Source: Schizosaccharomyces osmophilus (Eukaryota). From it: a stretch of DNA of 64,000 nt. Each line of letters starts with the position of its first letter. Within the stretch, counting starts at the first letter, position 1. The notes beneath the pieces are model-generated. The model saw only the letters and a program-made list of their open reading frames with translations. It ran no database searches and was not told the DNA's origin. Location: positions 3,844,001 through 3,908,000 of the forward strand of contig NC_079238.1 in NCBI RefSeq assembly GCF_027921745.1, read 5' to 3'. Position numbers and translations under genes: made by a program. Shown here one piece after another: positions 62,841 through 64,000 of the stretch.

Positions 62841-63157
62841 ATGAATCCATTTTTTGGAAGAACTTCAGGATTAATGATAGCGCTGACTTTGGGGGTTTGT
62901 TCTTCTGTATGTAATTCAATAAAAATCACTTACGGTTATTCGAGATGAATTCATGGCTTTGGTTGAACATTGCTGAAAAGGAGAAAAGTCTAACTGGATT
63001 GTAGTTTTATATAATGCAACCCGCTTTGAAGCAACAAAGGTAAGCAAATTGCATATTCACTTGACTATTAACGAATCGTGTTTGTAGGGACGAATATCAG
63101 AATTCACGAGACTTAGCTCTGACTAACGAGAAAAAAGAAGCAAGTCTGCGCGACTGA
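62841..63157 (+). CDS. Three-exon 56-aa single-pass membrane microprotein, PIGBOS1-like
   Basis: Exons 62841-62906, 63005-63039 and 63088-63157. Introns GTATGT..CTAAC..TAG and GTAAGC..TTAAC..TAG. Start context AAAAATG; 171 nt with the frame intact. Confidence 0.8.
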
Positions 63158-63530
63158 ATATCAAACGAATGCTTGTGAAATCCGATTTATTCTCAAACGT
63201 CAGTTGCTTATTGATGCATTCTTGTTTGTATACCGGGCAGCGGATACTTAATTAATTATCTATAACAATTGCTAATATTCTGAGAATCGTATTTGTCGTA
63301 ACCGACATTTATATTAAACTTATAACTATCACACCCTATCCTTTTTAAAAAGTAAATATAAATACATAGATGTCTTGAAAGTAAGCAGCAACACTTTACA
63401 CGGATTGATGCCAATAAACAGAAGCATAAATCAAAAAAAAGAAAAAAAAAATATTGACGAACCCAAAAGAGAAGATAATAATAACCATATCCAAAAAACG
63501 TAAAGCCGTATACTATATGTTTTAGACCTT

Positions 63531-64000
63531 TTAGGGAGACAAAATGTAAGCTTCCCTCAAATAGTTGGCTAAAGCTGCTTTCCAGTGCTTGATTCGTCGT
63601 ATGAAGGAGGGGCCTTGAAGGTAGTAATGAAGATGAGGAAGTAATCGCTTGAAGGCTTCTTGGTTATTAAATGGTACGGGAACTAGTTCACCAAACGATT
63701 CGAGTTCTTCTTTCAATTCCTCTTCAGTCCAGCTAGATTGCTTGGAAATAGTAGGATGGGAGAATAGAGAATCATTCAAAACTTCAATATCTGCTACAGA
63801 CCATTCAGAAACAGCATCCATATAAAATAGTTTTGCAGTATGAAGAAGGTCATGACGAGTGTTGTACAAAAGGCTCGAATATAAGCTATCTTCTTTACGA
63901 TAGGTTTCCAACCACGCCAAAAGATCTTCAGAAGACCATCCATCCAAGACATTCGAAGGAGAGAATGCTCTAGGTGTGAAACGATGATTGTATACGTTTC
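63531..64000 (-). CDS. les1: Ish1/Les1-type nuclear envelope protein, C-terminal part (5' end lies outside the window)
   Basis: Repeated W[ST]xxdL motifs (WSSEDLLAWLE, WSVADI, WTEEELKEELESFG) typical of Ish1 repeats; syntenic position after hrk1. Confidence 0.7.
   Translation of the reverse strand, partial: NVYNHRFTPRAFSPSNVLDGWSSEDLLAWLETYRKEDSLYSSLLYNTRHDLLHTAKLFYMDAVSEWSVADIEVLNDSLFSHPTISKQSSWTEEELKEELESFGELVPVPFNNQEAFKRLLPHLHYYLQGPSFIRRIKHWKAALANYLREAYILSP

Overview
AT-rich, intron-containing fungal DNA from a fission yeast. The proteins are clear Schizosaccharomyces orthologues but differ from the S. pombe sequences as I recall them, so an octosporus/cryophilus-type species is likely (inference). 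The window is a gene-dense block whose order matches my recollection of S. pombe chromosome I (SPAC222-SPAC821-SPAC139-SPAC23C4): hem13 (partial), atp2, PFK-2 family gene, sey1, meu13, csn3, slf1, cid13, tRNA-Ala(AGC), eIF3h, spn2, moc3, slp1, eng1, sod1, pro1, orb6, a P4-ATPase, mkt1, oac1, toe2, fap2, an aldehyde dehydrogenase, hat1, crn1, hrk1 and les1 (partial). I saw no transposon, LTR, rRNA or CRISPR. The ORF track misses or fragments many spliced genes, so I rebuilt exons by eye from GT..CTAAC..AG signals. Highlights: (1) a 3-exon, 56-aa microprotein gene at 62841-63157 resembling PIGBOS1; (2) three Loz1-type CGNMGATC elements at 19-bp spacing plus an orphan TATA box pointing at sod1, suggesting a zinc-regulated upstream transcript; (3) a possible lysine/saccharopine catabolic mini-cluster whose 'SSADH' lacks two succinate-binding residues; (4) a spliced 81-aa gene between hem13 and atp2; (5) a possible decayed RRM gene upstream of meu13. 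All gene names are from memory, not from a database search.
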